Assembly (NCBI GenBank): GCA_038087875.1
Contig: JAXLNO010001977.1
Coordinates: 1-64,000 of the forward strand
DNA: 64,000 nt
Reading direction: 5' to 3'
DNA from: Malacoraja senta
Lineage: Eukaryota
Part shown: piece after piece, positions 46,462 through 61,110 of the stretch
Position numbering within the stretch: position 1 is the stretch's first letter
Layout of the letters: each line of letters begins with the position of its first letter
The notes under the pieces: model-generated
The model's database searches: none
Told to the model about the DNA's origin: nothing
What the model saw: only the letters and a program-made list of their open reading frames with translations
Translations under genes and position numbers: made by a program

Positions 46462-48648
46462 CTGAAATGGAGGGGAGAAACTTTCAGATGGAGAACAAAT
46501 GAACTGTTTAATGGAAATAGATACATTTTGAAGAAAACATGCAAGAAAACTTAAATCGTTCCATGATGTGTCATATTGCTTCACGGCCAATGTCTCCGGT
46601 GTGAAGTGCAGGCAGTGCTGTAATTGTACCTGTTGTGTCAGTGTTCTGTCCCCTGGTCAGTACAATTAGGGTTCACTTCCTACTCCAGATCCCTGAGCAG
46701 AAACTGGGCTGGGATCGCAGTGCGGTACTGAGGGAGCGCGGCAGTGTTGCAGGAGCTGCCTTTCAACAATCCCAGGCGGTGCCCGGCCTCTCACCCTGCA
46801 GAAATACCTCACTTTGCTATTTCATTGGCGGTGCCGCCGGCTACGCTGCCAACATTCATCTCTCAACCGACACTGGGCCGGACCCGTGTTTAGGCATTCA
46901 CCGCCGCCACTGCTTTTACATAGCCCTGACTGAGAACAGAGGACGGACGGATTATAATAAAGCGGGTAAAGAAATAAGAGACAATAGGTGTAGGAGTAGG
47001 CCATTCGGCCCTTCGAGCCAGCACCGACATTCACTATGATCATGGCTGATCATCCACAATCAGTACCCCGTTCCTACCTTCTCACCATATCCCATAGCGC
47101 CGCTATCTTTTAGAGCTCCATCTAACTCTCTCGCTCTGACGTTTCGGGTCGAGACCCATGCTCAGACCAGAAACGTTACCCATTCCTTCTCTCCAGGGAT
47201 GCAGCCTGTCTCGCTGAGTTAATCCAGCATTTTTTTGTCAATCTTTAATTGTCTTTTATTTCCTTATCTCAACAGAACATAAATCTATTCGTGAGTCGTT
47301 AACATCAGTAGGGTTCACTTCAAATACAAATGTAACACCCGATAACAATCATCAGGAAACCACTGCGCCCAGTTACTCTAACGGGTATAGTGTTCTCTTG
47401 CTCAATTTTTGATTGGTCTTGCTTTTCAATATGAGAGGTGGAGACACAAGGAACTGTAGATACATACATAGATAAATAGATACATAGATACATAGGCAAT
47501 AGGTGCAGGAGTAGGCCATTCAGCCCTTCGAGCCAGCACCGCCATTCAATGTGTTCATGGCTGATCATCCACAATCAGTACCCCGTTCCTGCCTTTCCCC
47601 ATACCCCTTGATTCCGCTAGCCCAAAGCGCTCTATCTAACTCTCTTTTGAAAGCATCCAGTGAATCGGCCTCCACTGCCTTCTGAGGCAGATAATTCCAC
47701 AGATTCACAACTCTCTGGGTGAAAACGTTTTTCCTCATGTCCGTTGTAAATTGCCTATCCATTATTCTTAATATCGGGAAAATGTTTCCTGCCTCTCGCG
47801 TGTCCAATCCCTTAATAATCTTATATTTTTCAATAAGATCCCATCTCATCCTTCTAAATTCCAGAGTATACAAGCGCAGCCGCACCATTCAATCAACACA
47901 TGACAGTCCCGCCATCCCGGGAATTAACCTTGTTGCACTCCCTCAACATACACTGCACTCCCTCGATAGCAAGAAGGTCCTTCCTCAAATTTGGAGATCA
48001 AAACTGGAAACAATAATCCAGGTGTGGTCTCACTGGGGCCATGTACAACTGCAGAAGGACCTCTTTGCTCCTGTACTCAACTCCTCTTGTTATTAAGGTC
48101 AACATGCCACTAGCTTTCTTCACTGCCTGCTGTACCTGCATGCTTACTTTCAGTGAGTGGTGAACAAGGACCCCCAGATCTCTTTGTACTTCCCCTTTTC
48201 CCAACCTGACAACATTCAGATAATAATCTGCCTTCCTGATTTTGCTACTAAAGTGGATAAACTCACATTTATCCACATTAAACTTCATCTGCCATGCATC
48301 TGCCCACTCACCCAACCACTCACCCACTCACCGCTCGCCCACTCACCACCCACCTCCAGGTCCCTTACCGGAGAGCGTTACTAGCGTGAACACGCACACC
48401 GCCAGATTCGGGGACAATTACTTCACAGCTCTTGTCAGGCATCTGAATCATCCTACCACATCCAGAGAGCAGTGCAGAACTATCTATCTCTTTGATGACC
48501 CTCGGACTACCCTTGATCGGACTTTGCTGGATTCGCCTTACACTAAACGTAATTTCCTTTTCATGTATCTATGCACTGTAAGAGGATCGATTGTAATCCT
48601 GTATTGTCTTTCTGCTGGAGACGTCAAGTCATTCGCTGCGAAACATAC

Positions 48649-48969
48649 CGTCAGATACTTCGAGTAAAACGTTAAATATTGGATGGTCGGCTGATGTTGT
48701 AATTCCACAGCTGTACCATCCTGTATCTTCAGAGTGAAGATCCTCCACAGTCACAGTAAATATTCCTCGTGCCAGGTTATCTGTGATTGACACTCTTCCA
48801 CTCCGTCCGTGTTGCCCATTTGTTTCCACTAAAACTCTACACGGTCGACTCCTCCCACGGCACCAGTATTTTGTGTGTGAGCGGTACTCTGCTGCATAGT
48901 GACAATCGATTGTGATCTCTCTTCCCACAACTCCTTTTACTTCCCACTTTGCCCACACTGCACCTGAAA
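48649..48969 (-). CDS. Gene B Ig V exon Va'
   Basis: Intact splice sites and frame. One substitution seen versus gene A Va (NPARG>NLARG). Confidence 0.92.
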
Positions 48970-50310
48970 CTGAGCGGAGAAACTTTCAGATGGAGAGCAA
49001 ATTAACTGTTTAATGGTAATTGATACATTTTGAAGATTACATGAAAGAAAACGTAAAACGTTCCATAATGTGTCATATTGCTTCACGACCAATGTCTCCG
49101 GTCTGAAGTGCAGACAGTGCTGTTATTGTACCAGTTGTGTCAATGTTCTGTCCGCGGGTCAGTGCAATTTGGGTTCACTTCCCACTCCAGATCCCTGAGC
49201 AGAAACTGGGCTGGGATCGCAGTGCGGTTCTGAGGGAGCGCGTCAGTTTTGCGGGAGATGCCTTCCAACAATCCCAGGCGGTGCCCGGCCTCTCACCCTA
49301 AAGAAAGACCCCACTTTGCTATTTAATTGGCGGTGCCGCCGGCTGCGCTGCCAACATTCAACTCTCAACCGACACTGGGCCGGACCCGTGTTTAGACATT
49401 CACCGCCGCCACTGCATTTACAAAGCCCTGACTGAGGACACAGAGGACGGACGAGTTACAATAAAGCGGGTCCATTACCGGAGAGCGTTACTAGCGTGAA
49501 AACGCACACCGCCAGATTCGGGGACAGTTCCTTCGCAGTTGTACTCAGACATCGGAATCATCCTACCACAACCAGAGAGCAGTGCTGAACTATCTACCTC
49601 TTTGGTGACCCTCGGACTACCCTTGATCGGACTTCGCTGGCTTTACCTTACACTAAACTTTATTTCCCTTTCATGTATCTATGCACTGTAAGAGGATCGA
49701 TTATAATCATGTATCTGACTGGTTAGCACGCAACAAAAAGCTTTTCACTGTACCTCGGTACACGTGACAATAAACTGAACTTGCATTTCAGCGCGACTGT
49801 GTTGCGGATTGGAAAGAGGATGGAGAGAGAGTTGGGGGTAGGTGGATAGAGCGAGGACAGTGGTTCAGTCTCAGACTCCGGGGAATTGTTGGGTTTGCGA
49901 CAGAGTTGAGTTGGACAAATGCAGGGAATATTTGAACTGACACAATGAGTCCACAATCCCGACTCCCCCCTCAGTTGTAAACACATTTTAAAAGTGTAGA
50001 ATCAACTTCCTGGTGATGCTGCAACCTCTGTCCTTCGGTCCAGGTATCTTGGAGTATCGTCCCCAAATTCATTTGCTATTTTATGCCTATAAACTATCAT
50101 CAGGATGCAATTAGACCGTGTCAACAGTGGTTAAAGTACGAACACAGTCTAGATATTCAAATGTAATTTCAGATCCATCACCACAATGCACTGAGTTGCA
50201 CCTCCCCCATTACATGTCTACACATACTTAACTACCTCTGCTTTGAAAAGGGTGCATGGGACCCCAAATAACATTGATCATTGGAATATCAGGATCTGGC
50301 TTTCACTCAC

Positions 50311-50347
50311 CCGGCAGCGAGGAGATGAGAAGAATGGGAATCCACAT
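50311..50347 (-). CDS. Gene B leader (signal peptide) exon
   Basis: Same 37 nt as the gene A leader, donor G|gtgagt. Confidence 0.85.
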
Positions 50348-52640
50348 TGTTTTATCCACAGTGACGAGGTCAGCACTTGTCAGTCTGTCGCTCAGCTCGT
50401 AGCTCTCAGATACAACCGCATCTCTCAAATAGCAACGACGAAGAAGGGAACAGGACTTCAGATCGTGAACCACAGCGAGCCAGCAGCAGCTCGACACGTT
50501 ACAGTGTGAAAGGATCAGGGTTATATTTAACAAATGGTTGGGTCAGATGATCACAGTCATACGTCACGGAAACAGGCCCTTCTCCCCAACGCGTTAGACC
50601 AATGTGCTCATCTAAGTTAGTCAGATTTTCCCACGTTCAATCCGAAACTCCCCAAACCTTCCCCATACGTGGACCTGTCCAAGTGCTCGTTACATGTTGT
50701 TATTGCACCTGCTTCAACCACTTCGTCAAGTATGATGTATCCGTTAGGATGCAGCGGCGATTATCTCTGTAGTCAGAGTCTGTTAACACTGAACAGTGGA
50801 GGAAATAATGATAGACAAAAACATGCATAAGGAACTCTGCGGGCCAGGCAGCACCTCTGGAGAAAATGGTTAGGTGACGTTTCGGGTCGGGCCCCTTCAT
50901 GTAAACAATGATACATTGGATAAAATATGACATGATTTAGAATTGTAGAAACGTCTAAGATGTGTACACTTCCCGATCATTCCCTCTTGATGATTTTGTA
51001 AGTGGACCGGCAGATCAAAAATATAATAATTGGAACTTTTGTTTTTGCTTATTACTGTTGACAAGGGGCAAAACAGGAAGCTGGCGTTAGGAAGTAGGGG
51101 ATTTTCATCTGAAATCAGCTGAGGTTAATTGGAGTTTGACCCTCTCCTCTCTGCTTCAACTCTTCAATTCAAATTTGAAACACTATTGTCATGGTATTCA
51201 CATTTTGAAAATAGAAAATTAACGGTCTGGAGGACTGTGAAGAAGTTTGTCTAGAATTACCACAGGATGGAGATCAGCTGGGAAAGCGGGATGTGGAATG
51301 TAACTGACATGGGTAATGTAACTCAACAAGGGCGAAGTGATACACTTAGTGAAGTTAAAGCAAGGTAGAATATGCACGGTGAATTGAATTATTAACTTGT
51401 CTTCTTTACAATGCAGAGCGAATACATTATCAGAGTTGTTTTCATGTTCATTCCATTGGCTGACTTTGTACATCTGCTTGCAACGATTTCATTCTGTAGG
51501 CAACTAGTTGCATTATAATATAACCTAATATCTGCTGCCGTCTATCGTTCTGGTGTGTCACTTTCAGTGGAACAGTGCCGTTTATTCGGGTTGTGTAAAT
51601 CTGTGGCAATGTTGTGTATCACGTGGTATGGGTGTAATACACTGATGAGTCCGCCACTGGTGTTAGCTGAGCGTTGGTGATCCTCAGTAAAGGATCTTTT
51701 GTTAGGAGCTATTTCCTGTATACTTGCCCACCTAAAACACTGCAGAGAGGAACCGACGATGCAGCAAAACAATTGAATTCTGTCTACATTCGCCTTTGAC
51801 CCATGACTACTGCAAACACTTCTCAAAAATTTATTAAGAAGCATCCTGATGCATAATTATTTATTTATCAGCGAAAACATTTTTTTCCAGGAAGTTGAAT
51901 GCATATAACATATTTTAACAGAGTATAAGACTTTTGAGCAGCAGAAACCACGCAGAGGTTAAAACAATAGTTCGAAGGTGATGAAAGAAACCTTGGAAGA
52001 GGTGACAAACATTAAGACCAGTGCGGTAAATGAGTTTTGGAAACAGATATGGTTTAGAAAGTTTGGAACATTGCTTTGAAGTCACTTTCATGAAATCGTT
52101 CGTTGAATTGCAAGAGACGTATATTCTGTCCAATTGATATCAGTTGACAAAGCAGGATGATGCATAAATATTTCATCGCGGTGCAGAATTCACTCATTGA
52201 TGGTGCAAGCTAGGAGACTTCATTCTAATTCGTGTGTCGAGTGGCGAGGTTCTGATTCATCGCGTCTCTGCAAAAGACAATGTGAAGTCATCAGACTCAC
52301 TGACAGTGGGAACCACGCTTTATTTGACCCGACCACCCCCAACACATGGCTGTCTGGAAGATGGACCCCAACGAATCCACACCGCGCACAGAAATCCACC
52401 CAGCACACGTACAACCTGACAAAACCACATGATATCATCTACATAGTGATTTGGTTTAACTTCAGGTTATGAAAACGTGCACGATTTTTGTTTCTATCAA
52501 TGGACAGGATATTTGAAAGCATTAATGAAAACCGTTTGGATACATTCGGCGAAGAGAATTGATTGTTTTGGGCAGAGGGTGGTGAATCAATGGATTTCAT
52601 TACCATAGGAGGCTGCGGAGGCCAAATCAATTCACTCCGG

Positions 52641-55600
52641 AGATACATAGCTACATAGATACATAGAAAATATGTGCAGGAGTAGGCCATTCGGCCCTTC
52701 GAGCCTGCACCGCCATTCAATATGATCATGGCTGATCATCCAACTCAGTATCCCGTACCTGCCTTCTCTCCATACCCCCTGATCCCCTTAACCACAAGGG
52801 CCACATCTAACTCCCTCTTAAATATAGCCAATGAACTGGCCTCAACTACCCTCTGTGGCAGAGAGTTCCAGAGATTCACCACTCTCTGTGTAAAAAAGTG
52901 TTTCCTCATCTCGGTCTTAAAGGATTTCCCCCTTATCCTTAAGCTGTGACCCCTTGTCCTGGACTTCCCCAACATCGGGAACAATTTTCCTGCATCTAGC
53001 CTGTCCAACCCCATAAGAATTTTGTACGTTTCTATGAGATCCCCTCTCAATCTCCTAAATTCTAGCGAATATAAGCCGTCTATCCAGTCTTTCTTCATAT
53101 GAAAGTCCCGACATCCCAGGAATCAGTCTGGTGAACCTTCTCTGCACTCCCTCTATGGCTATAATGTCCTTCCTCAGATTTGGAGACCAAAACTGTACGC
53201 AATACTCCAGGTGTGGTCTCACCAAGACCCTGTACAACTGCAGTAGAACCTCCCTGCTCCTATACTCAAATACTCTTGCTATGAAGGCCAACATACCATT
53301 CGCTTTCTTCACTGCCTGCTGCACCTGCATGCCTACTTTCAATGACTGGTGTACCATGACACCCAGGTCTCGCTGCATCTCCCCATTTCCTAATCGGCCA
53401 CCATTTAGATAATAGTCTGCCTTCCGGTTTTTGCCAACAAAGTGGATAACCTCACATTTATCCACATTATACTGCATCTGCCAAACATTTGCCCACTCAC
53501 CCAGCCTATCCAAGTCACCTTGCAGTCTCCTAGCATCCTCCTCACATCTAACACTGCCCCCCAGCTTAGTGTCATCCGCAAACTTGGAGATGTTGCTTTC
53601 AATTCCCTCGTCCAGATCATTAATATAAATTGTAAATAGCTGGGGTCCCAGCACTGAGCCTTGCGGTACCCCACTAGTCACTGCCTGCCATTGTGAAAAG
53701 GACCCGTTTACTCCTACTCTTTGCTTCCTGTTTGCCAGCCAGTTCTCTATCCACATCAGTACTGAACCCCCAATACCGTGTGATTTAAGTTTGTATCCTA
53801 ATCTCTTATGTGGTACCTTGTCGAAAGCCTTCTGAAAGTCCAGATACAACACATCCGCTGGTTCTCCCCTATCCACTCTACTAGTTACATCCTCGAAAAA
53901 TTCTATAAGATTCGTCAGACACGATTTACCTTTCGTAAATCCATGCTGACTTTGTCCAATGATTTCACCACTTTCCAAATGTGCTGCTATCCCATCTTTA
54001 ATAACAGACTCTAGCAGTTTCCCCACTACCGATGTTACACTAAATGGTCTGTAATTCCCCGTTTTCTCTCTCCCTCCCTTCTTAAAAAGTGGGGTTACGT
54101 TTGCTACCCTCCAATACTCAGGAACTACTCCAGAATCTAAAGAGTTTTGAAATATTATCACTAATGCATCCACTATTTCTGGAGCTACTTCCTTAAGTAC
54201 TCTGGGATGCAGCCTATCTGGCCCTGGTGATTTATCGGCCTTTAATCCATTCAATTTACCTAACACCACTTCCCGACTAACCTGGATTTCACTCAGTTCC
54301 TCCATCTCCTTTGACCCGCGGCCCCCTGCTATTTCCGGCAGATTATTTATGTCTTAGTGAAGACGGAACCAAAGTAGTTATTCAATTGGTCCGCCATATC
54401 CTTGTTCCCCATGATCAATTCATCTGTTTCTGACTGCAAGGGACCTACATTTGTTTTAACTAATCTCTTTCTCTTCACATATCTATAAAAACCTTTGCAG
54501 TCAGTTTTTATGTTCCCTGCCAGTTTCCTTTCATAATCTATTTTCCGTTTCCTAATTAAGCCCTTTGTCCTCCTCTGCTGGTCTCTGAATTTCTCCCAGT
54601 CCTCTGGTATGCTGCTTTTTCTGGCTAATTTGTACGCATCATCTTTTGCTTTGATACTATCCCTGATTTCCCTTGTTATCCACGGATGCACTACCTTCCC
54701 TGATTTATTCTTTTGCCAAACTGGGATGAACAATTTTTGTAGTTCATCCATGCAGTCTTTAAATGCCTTCCATTGCATATCGACCGTCAACCCTTTTAGA
54801 ACTAATTGCCAGTCAATCTTGGCCAATTCATGTCTCATACCCTCAAAGTTACCTTTCTTTAAGTTCAGAACCGTTGTTTCTGAATTAACAATGTCACTCT
54901 CCATCCTAATGAAGAACTCAACCATATTATGGTCACTCTTGCCCAAGGGGGCATGCACAACAAGACTGCTAACTAACCCTTCCTCATTACTCAATACCGA
55001 GTCTAGAATAGCCTGCTCTCTCGTTGGTGCCTCTACATGTTGGTTTAGATAACTATCCCGCATACATTCCAAGAAATCCTCTTCCTCAGCACCCCTGCCA
55101 ATTTGATTCACCCAATCTATATGTAGATTGAAGTCACCCATTATAACTGTTTTGCCTTTGTTGCACGCATTTCTAATTTCCTGTTTGATGCCATCCCCAA
55201 CTTCACTACTACTGCTAGGTGGCCTGTACACAACACCCACCAGCCTTTTCTGCCCTCAGTGTTTCGCAGCTCTACCCATACCGATTCCACATCCTCCAAG
55301 CTAATGTCCTTCCTTTCCACTGCGTTACTCTCCTCTCTAACCAGCAACGCTACCCCACCTCCTTTTCCTTTCTCTCTATCCCTCCTGAATATTGAATATC
55401 CCTGGATGTTCAGCTCCCAGCCTTGGTCACCCTGGAGCCATGTCTCCGTGATCCCAACTATATCATAATCATTAATTGCTATCTGCACGTTCAACTCATC
55501 CACCTTATTACGAATGCTCCTTGCATTAAGACACAAAGCCTTCAGGCTTGTTTTTACAACGGTCTTACCCCTTATACAATTATGTTGAAAAGTGGCTCTT

Positions 55601-55650
55601 TTTGATTTTTGCCCTGGATTTGTCTGCCTGCCTCTTTTACTTTTCACCTT
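52641..55650 (-). mobile_element. Duplicate of the CR1 LINE
   Basis: Near-identical to 19161-22170 at offset 33,480. Confidence 0.93.
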
Positions 55651-55911
55651 GCTACCTATTAGCGGGACAGAGATACTGCCTGTCCCGCTGAGTTCAGTAT
55701 TTTAGTACATATCCAAATCAATTGATATTTTTAAGCCGGAGATTTTCATATTTCTTATAAATAAGGATGTCAAGGGTTATGGGGTGAAGGCAGGAGGATG
55801 GATCGGGAGCGAAGGCTAGAATAGTCGTGATTGGGGGCGGATTATATATAATGGGCTGATTGGACCAATTCTGCTCCTATAATTTATGAACATGATGCTA
55901 ATAAAACTTAC

Positions 55912-56002
55912 CTTAGAGCTTCTTGTGAACACCGCGGTTGAGATACTCCAGATCGCAAGCAGGAGAAAGAACAGCCAGCGCCCCACTTTCCATGAGATGT
56001 AA
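55912..56002 (-). CDS. Gene C transmembrane exon with Arg
   Basis: Identical to 22432-22522. Confidence 0.82.
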
Positions 56003-57011
56003 CTGGGCAAAGGGCAAGAGATACAGAATCAATGGGAGGAAACGAGACGATTTATCTTTGAAACATTTACCTGTTATTTGCTTCATAATCTTAGTGAAGT
56101 GGAGCGGGGCGAAGCAGTAGAGCCAATGGAGATCATCTTGGATAAAGAACGGGTGTTGGACTGGGGGGGGGGCAACCTATGATCACCAATTACTGACCTC
56201 ATTGCTGGAGCATATCTATAAGACTGGGTATCAGAGATTAGACGGTTAAATGGATTCGGAGAAGACAGAGAAATAAGTCAGTAGATGGAGCAGTGAATTC
56301 AGTGACTACAGAGTAGATAGACACACAATGCTGGAGAAACACAGCGGGAGAGGTTTCAAGGTTCAATGTGTAAGGGAGCGTCAGTTAACACAGTTCGCTG
56401 TATTCGGTTGAATTCAAGGCTGTTTTCTCACTTTCTGCGCCACCGAATCTTTGCTGCATGACCCCACGTGTGACGTTTCGGGTCGAGACCCTTCTTCAGA
56501 CTGGGAGTCACGGGAAAGGGAAACTGTGGATGTGTGAATGATACAAAGAACAGTGTAATACCCTGGAAGAAAGAAACTGCAGCTGCAAGGAGATTATAAT
56601 AAAATCCATATGGATAGATTAATTAAAAGGGATCAATTCTAATGGTGGAAGGGAGGTGGGACAATAAATATGGAAACGGATGAGGCCAAGTAATAAAATA
56701 AATTAAAAATGTTAATGCTTAATCTCGCCCCCTCGATATTACTTGGATTAACGCGGTAGGTGTGTGGATGGTGTGTGTTCGAAAAATCGGTTAAAGGTTC
56801 GCTCATAACGGCGTGCCTTTTATTAATATTCTTATTTCCTATCGCAAGAGTGTGATAGAAAGCCAGACCTATTTCAATTGTAACAAGATAAATAACAAAG
56901 TGTTCCCACTTTCATGACTGTATTATGATGGAATATTCAGGGATAATTTAAAAAAACAATGTTTTCAAGATTCAATGTGTAAGGGAGCGTCAGTTATTTA
57001 TGAATGTTTTT

Positions 57012-59765
57012 TATTATTTTTTTTATTTTTATTTATTAGAAGTACATTACATTACAACCACATACATTAATACTCGTCATTTGTATCTTCTTACAATTAA
57101 TGTACTCCCTTTATTTATTTTTTTACACTAGAAAAGGAAAAGATTGAAAGAAAGAAGAAAGTGAAGGAAAAAGTGAAAGTGTAGAAAAGTGTAGAAAATG
57201 TAACAACAAAAAAGGACGAAGACCCTATAAGAGCGAAATTAAAAACAAAAGAAAAAGAGTTAAGAAATAGGCCCTAGGAAAAAAAAGAGAAAGAGAGAGA
57301 GGAAAAAAAAAAAAAAAAAGAAAAACAAATGTTTTTTTAAGCATTACGTAAATAGGACATACCAACTCTTCAACTATCATCCCCCCTTACCTGACCTCAA
57401 TTTTTTTATATTTTTTAAAGTAATTTTGCACCCTATGTTTGTAATAATTCTATAAATGCAGACCACGTCAGGTGGAAGTGATCTGGTTTACCTGCTAGGA
57501 GGAGTCTTATCTCTTCTAGGTGTAATGTTTCAAACATATTTGAAATCCACATATTTATATTTGGTATTGGAGCCTTCTTCCAAAATTTTAGAATTAGCTT
57601 TTTTCCAGTTATTAACCCATAGTCCATTAATTTCTTTTGAAACACATTTAGTTCTGGATCATCTTCCGTTATTCCGAAGATAATCCATTCTGCTTTGGGT
57701 ATCAGTCTTGTTTTAAATAACTTTGTAAAGATTTCAAAAATTTCATTCCAAAATTTTTGAATTTTTGTACAGAAGACGAATGAGTGCGCTATAGTAGCTT
57801 CTTGGGATTGACATTTATCACAAATAGATGATACGTTTGGGAAAATTTTATGAATTTTAGTTTTCGAATAATATAATCTATGTAAAATTTTAAATTGTAT
57901 TAAAGTGTGTCTTACATTAATCGAGCATTTATGCACGTTTAATAAGTATTCATTCCAACTTTCCTTTGAAATTTTAATAGCTAACTCTTGTTCCCAGTCT
58001 CTTCTGATACCCTCCGTAGGTGGTATTTGTACATTTAAAATAATATTATACAAATATGATATTAAGTTTGCTGATTCCGCTTTTATCTGCATTGCCTCGT
58101 CCAATACATCTACTGGGTTATTATAATGATCTTTTGTATATTTTTTCAAATAGTCGCATATTTGAAAATATTTAAAATATTGATTATTTCCGAGTTTATA
58201 TTTTATTTGTAATTGTTGAAATGAAAGTAATTTTCCAGTTTCATACAAGTCACCAAGCGTTTTAATTCCTAGTCTATCCCATTGTGTATAAGCTTTATCT
58301 ATAATAGAAGGACTAAACGAAGGATTATTGACTATAGGTAATAAAAGTGATACATTTCTTAATTTTAAATTTTGTTTTATTTGTTTCCAAATACGGATTG
58401 TACTATGAATAATGGGGTTCTTATTATAATTTATGTTATTCAGTTTCATTGGAGAGAGGAGGATCGCTCCAATGTTTGTAGAGGAGCAATCCTCTTTCTC
58501 CATTACAATCCAGTCTACTTGCTGGGCGGAGTTATCCATCAGTTGAATCATGTTTTTAATATTTACTGACCAATAATAATACATAAAATTAGGTAGTGCT
58601 AAACCCCCCAATACTTTAGGTTTATTCAGATGAGTTTTTTGTATTCTATGTGATTTATAGTCCCATATAAAATTAGTGATATCTGAGTCGAGTTTTTTAA
58701 AAAACTTCTTAGGTAAGTATATAGGAATTGATTGAAATAGGTATAAAATTTGTGGTAAAAAGATCATTTTTATTGCGTTTATTCGACCTATTAAAGACAT
58801 CGGGAGCGTTTTCCAGAATTTAATTAGTGTATTAAATTTATTAAGTAGGGGGTCAAAATTTGCCCTGAACATACCTTGATATGTTCTGGTAATTTCGATT
58901 CCCAAATATTTAAATTTTTCTGTAGCTATTTTAAAAGGGAATTTTAAAAGATGTGTTGAATCTTTCGGTTTTATTGACATAATTTCACTTTTATTCCAAT
59001 TTATTCTATATCCAGAAAAAGATCCAAAGTCTTCAATTAAATTTAATATATTTGGTATAGTGATTTGAGGTTTTGTAATATACAGTAATATATCATCCGC
59101 GTGTAAAGATATTTTATTATATGAGTCTTTAGTATTATATCCATGAATATCAGGGTGTATTCTAATTTTTTCTGCTAGCGGTTCAATAATGAGAGCAAAC
59201 AGCTGTGGTGATAATGAGCATCCTTGTCTATTTCCCCTTGATAGTTGAAATTTCGAGGATAATATGTTATTAGTTAGTATTCTAGCTGTAGGTTTGTTAT
59301 ATAGTAACTTAATCCATAAAATAAAATTCTCTCCCAGTTGAAATTTTTGTAATACTTTATCCATATAATTCCATTCTACTTGATCAAATGCTTTTTCAGC
59401 ATCCAGCGAAATAATTGATAATCCTTGATCTTCAGATTTGTGTGAGTGCATTATGTTGAGTAGACGTCTCATATTATTAGAAGAGTATCTCGTCTTAGGG
59501 ATAAACCCTGTCTGATCTGGGTTTATTAATTTACTAATGTATTTACTTAATCTTCTAGCTAATGTTTTCGCTAATATTTTTTGATCTGTGTTTAACAATG
59601 CTATAGCTCTATATGAACCAGGTTCTTCTAAATCTTTATTTTTCTTAGGTATTAATGTAATCGTTGATTCCGCTAATGTATCAGGTAGTATTCGTTTTTT
59701 AAAAGCGTATTGGTACATTTTTTGTAATCTTGGTATTAGTTTATCATAAGTTTATCATAAAATTA
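57012..59765 (-). mobile_element. Duplicate of the 5'-truncated L1
   Basis: Near-identical to 23532-26285 at offset 33,480, same TSDs. Confidence 0.92.
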
Positions 59766-61061
59766 TTATGAATGTTTTTACTTGTATTTTAATGTTGCTG
59801 TTTTTTTACCTGCAATTTTTAGCTATTCGTATTGTTTTTATCAGGGACTGGATTTTTTATTTATTTATTTATTTATTTATTATTATTATTTTTGGAGTGT
59901 TTTTATTGGGTTTTTTTATGTGTGAAATGTTTAAAATGACGATAACGGTTGATTGATTGATTGATTGATTGAGTTAACTCAGTTCGCTATATTCGGTCTG
60001 ATTCAAGACTTTTCTCACATTCTGCGCCAGCGAATTTTTGGTGCGTGACCCCATTGCCACAAGTGATATCAAGGGGGGTGTCTTAGCCCATAATTCATAA
60101 TGCATTTACCTATCAGCACCACACCAGAGCAAGTCTCAACCAAGCTAAACTGCAAGACTTGGGTTTGGCAACTATATTCATCTCACAGCATGGGATGAGG
60201 TTAGTGAAAGAGAAGTCATGGTGAATACTGCAGGGAGCGCTCTCTGAAAAGCAGCAAATGGAAGAACTTGTTCTTATCATCCAAGCATGTACACAACACA
60301 ATGAGATGTAAACCCAGTGTAATCCCCCTTCTGAAGAGTTAACTAATAATTGGTTTGCAAGTTAAATACATATTATTAACGCATATTTAAGAGATACATT
60401 TATATTTGGTGTCAGGCTTGAAACAATAGACAATAGACAATAGACAAGAGGTGCAGGGGTAGGCCATTCGGCCCTTTGAGCCAGCACCGCCATTCAATGT
60501 GATCATGGCTGGACGTACAGAGTTTGATTATGCTTCGATTTTTGGTTTCATTGGATCAAAGACCCATGGAGAAACACAGTATAGAAACAGGCCATTTGGC
60601 CCTTCTGGTCTGTGCCGACAGTCAACTACATTCACACGGATCCTCTGTCAATGCCATTTTTATTTTCCCCACTTTTTCATCAACTACCACTACCGTCCAA
60701 CACCCTCCCTCCCTCCCCACCCCATCCCCTATCCACAGATTAAACCGCTGTCCTGTACACACGGGGCAATTTACAACTGGCACATCTTTGGGAGCTGGGA
60801 GGAAACTGGAGCACTTAAATTAAACCAACACAATAAAAGGCAAAACATGCAGACCACGCACAGACAGCACCTAATGAACCAGGGTCGTGGCGTTGTGAGG
60901 CTGTGATTCTATCGGCTGTGCCACTGTGCATTCAGATCAATACTCTCAGGGCATTTAATGCCAGTGAAAGGCAGGCACAAATTTCTCCCAAATAAAGCAT
61001 TCCCAACCAAAACACCAGCAATTACTATAGTGTAACTTCCACTGGAAACAGAGTGGTTTAC

Positions 61062-61110
61062 CTTGCAGAGTTATTGGATGTTATCGAATTTTCACAAGAA
61101 TATTCATGAC
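61062..61110 (-). CDS. Gene C stalk exon
   Basis: Identical to 27582-27630. Confidence 0.7.
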
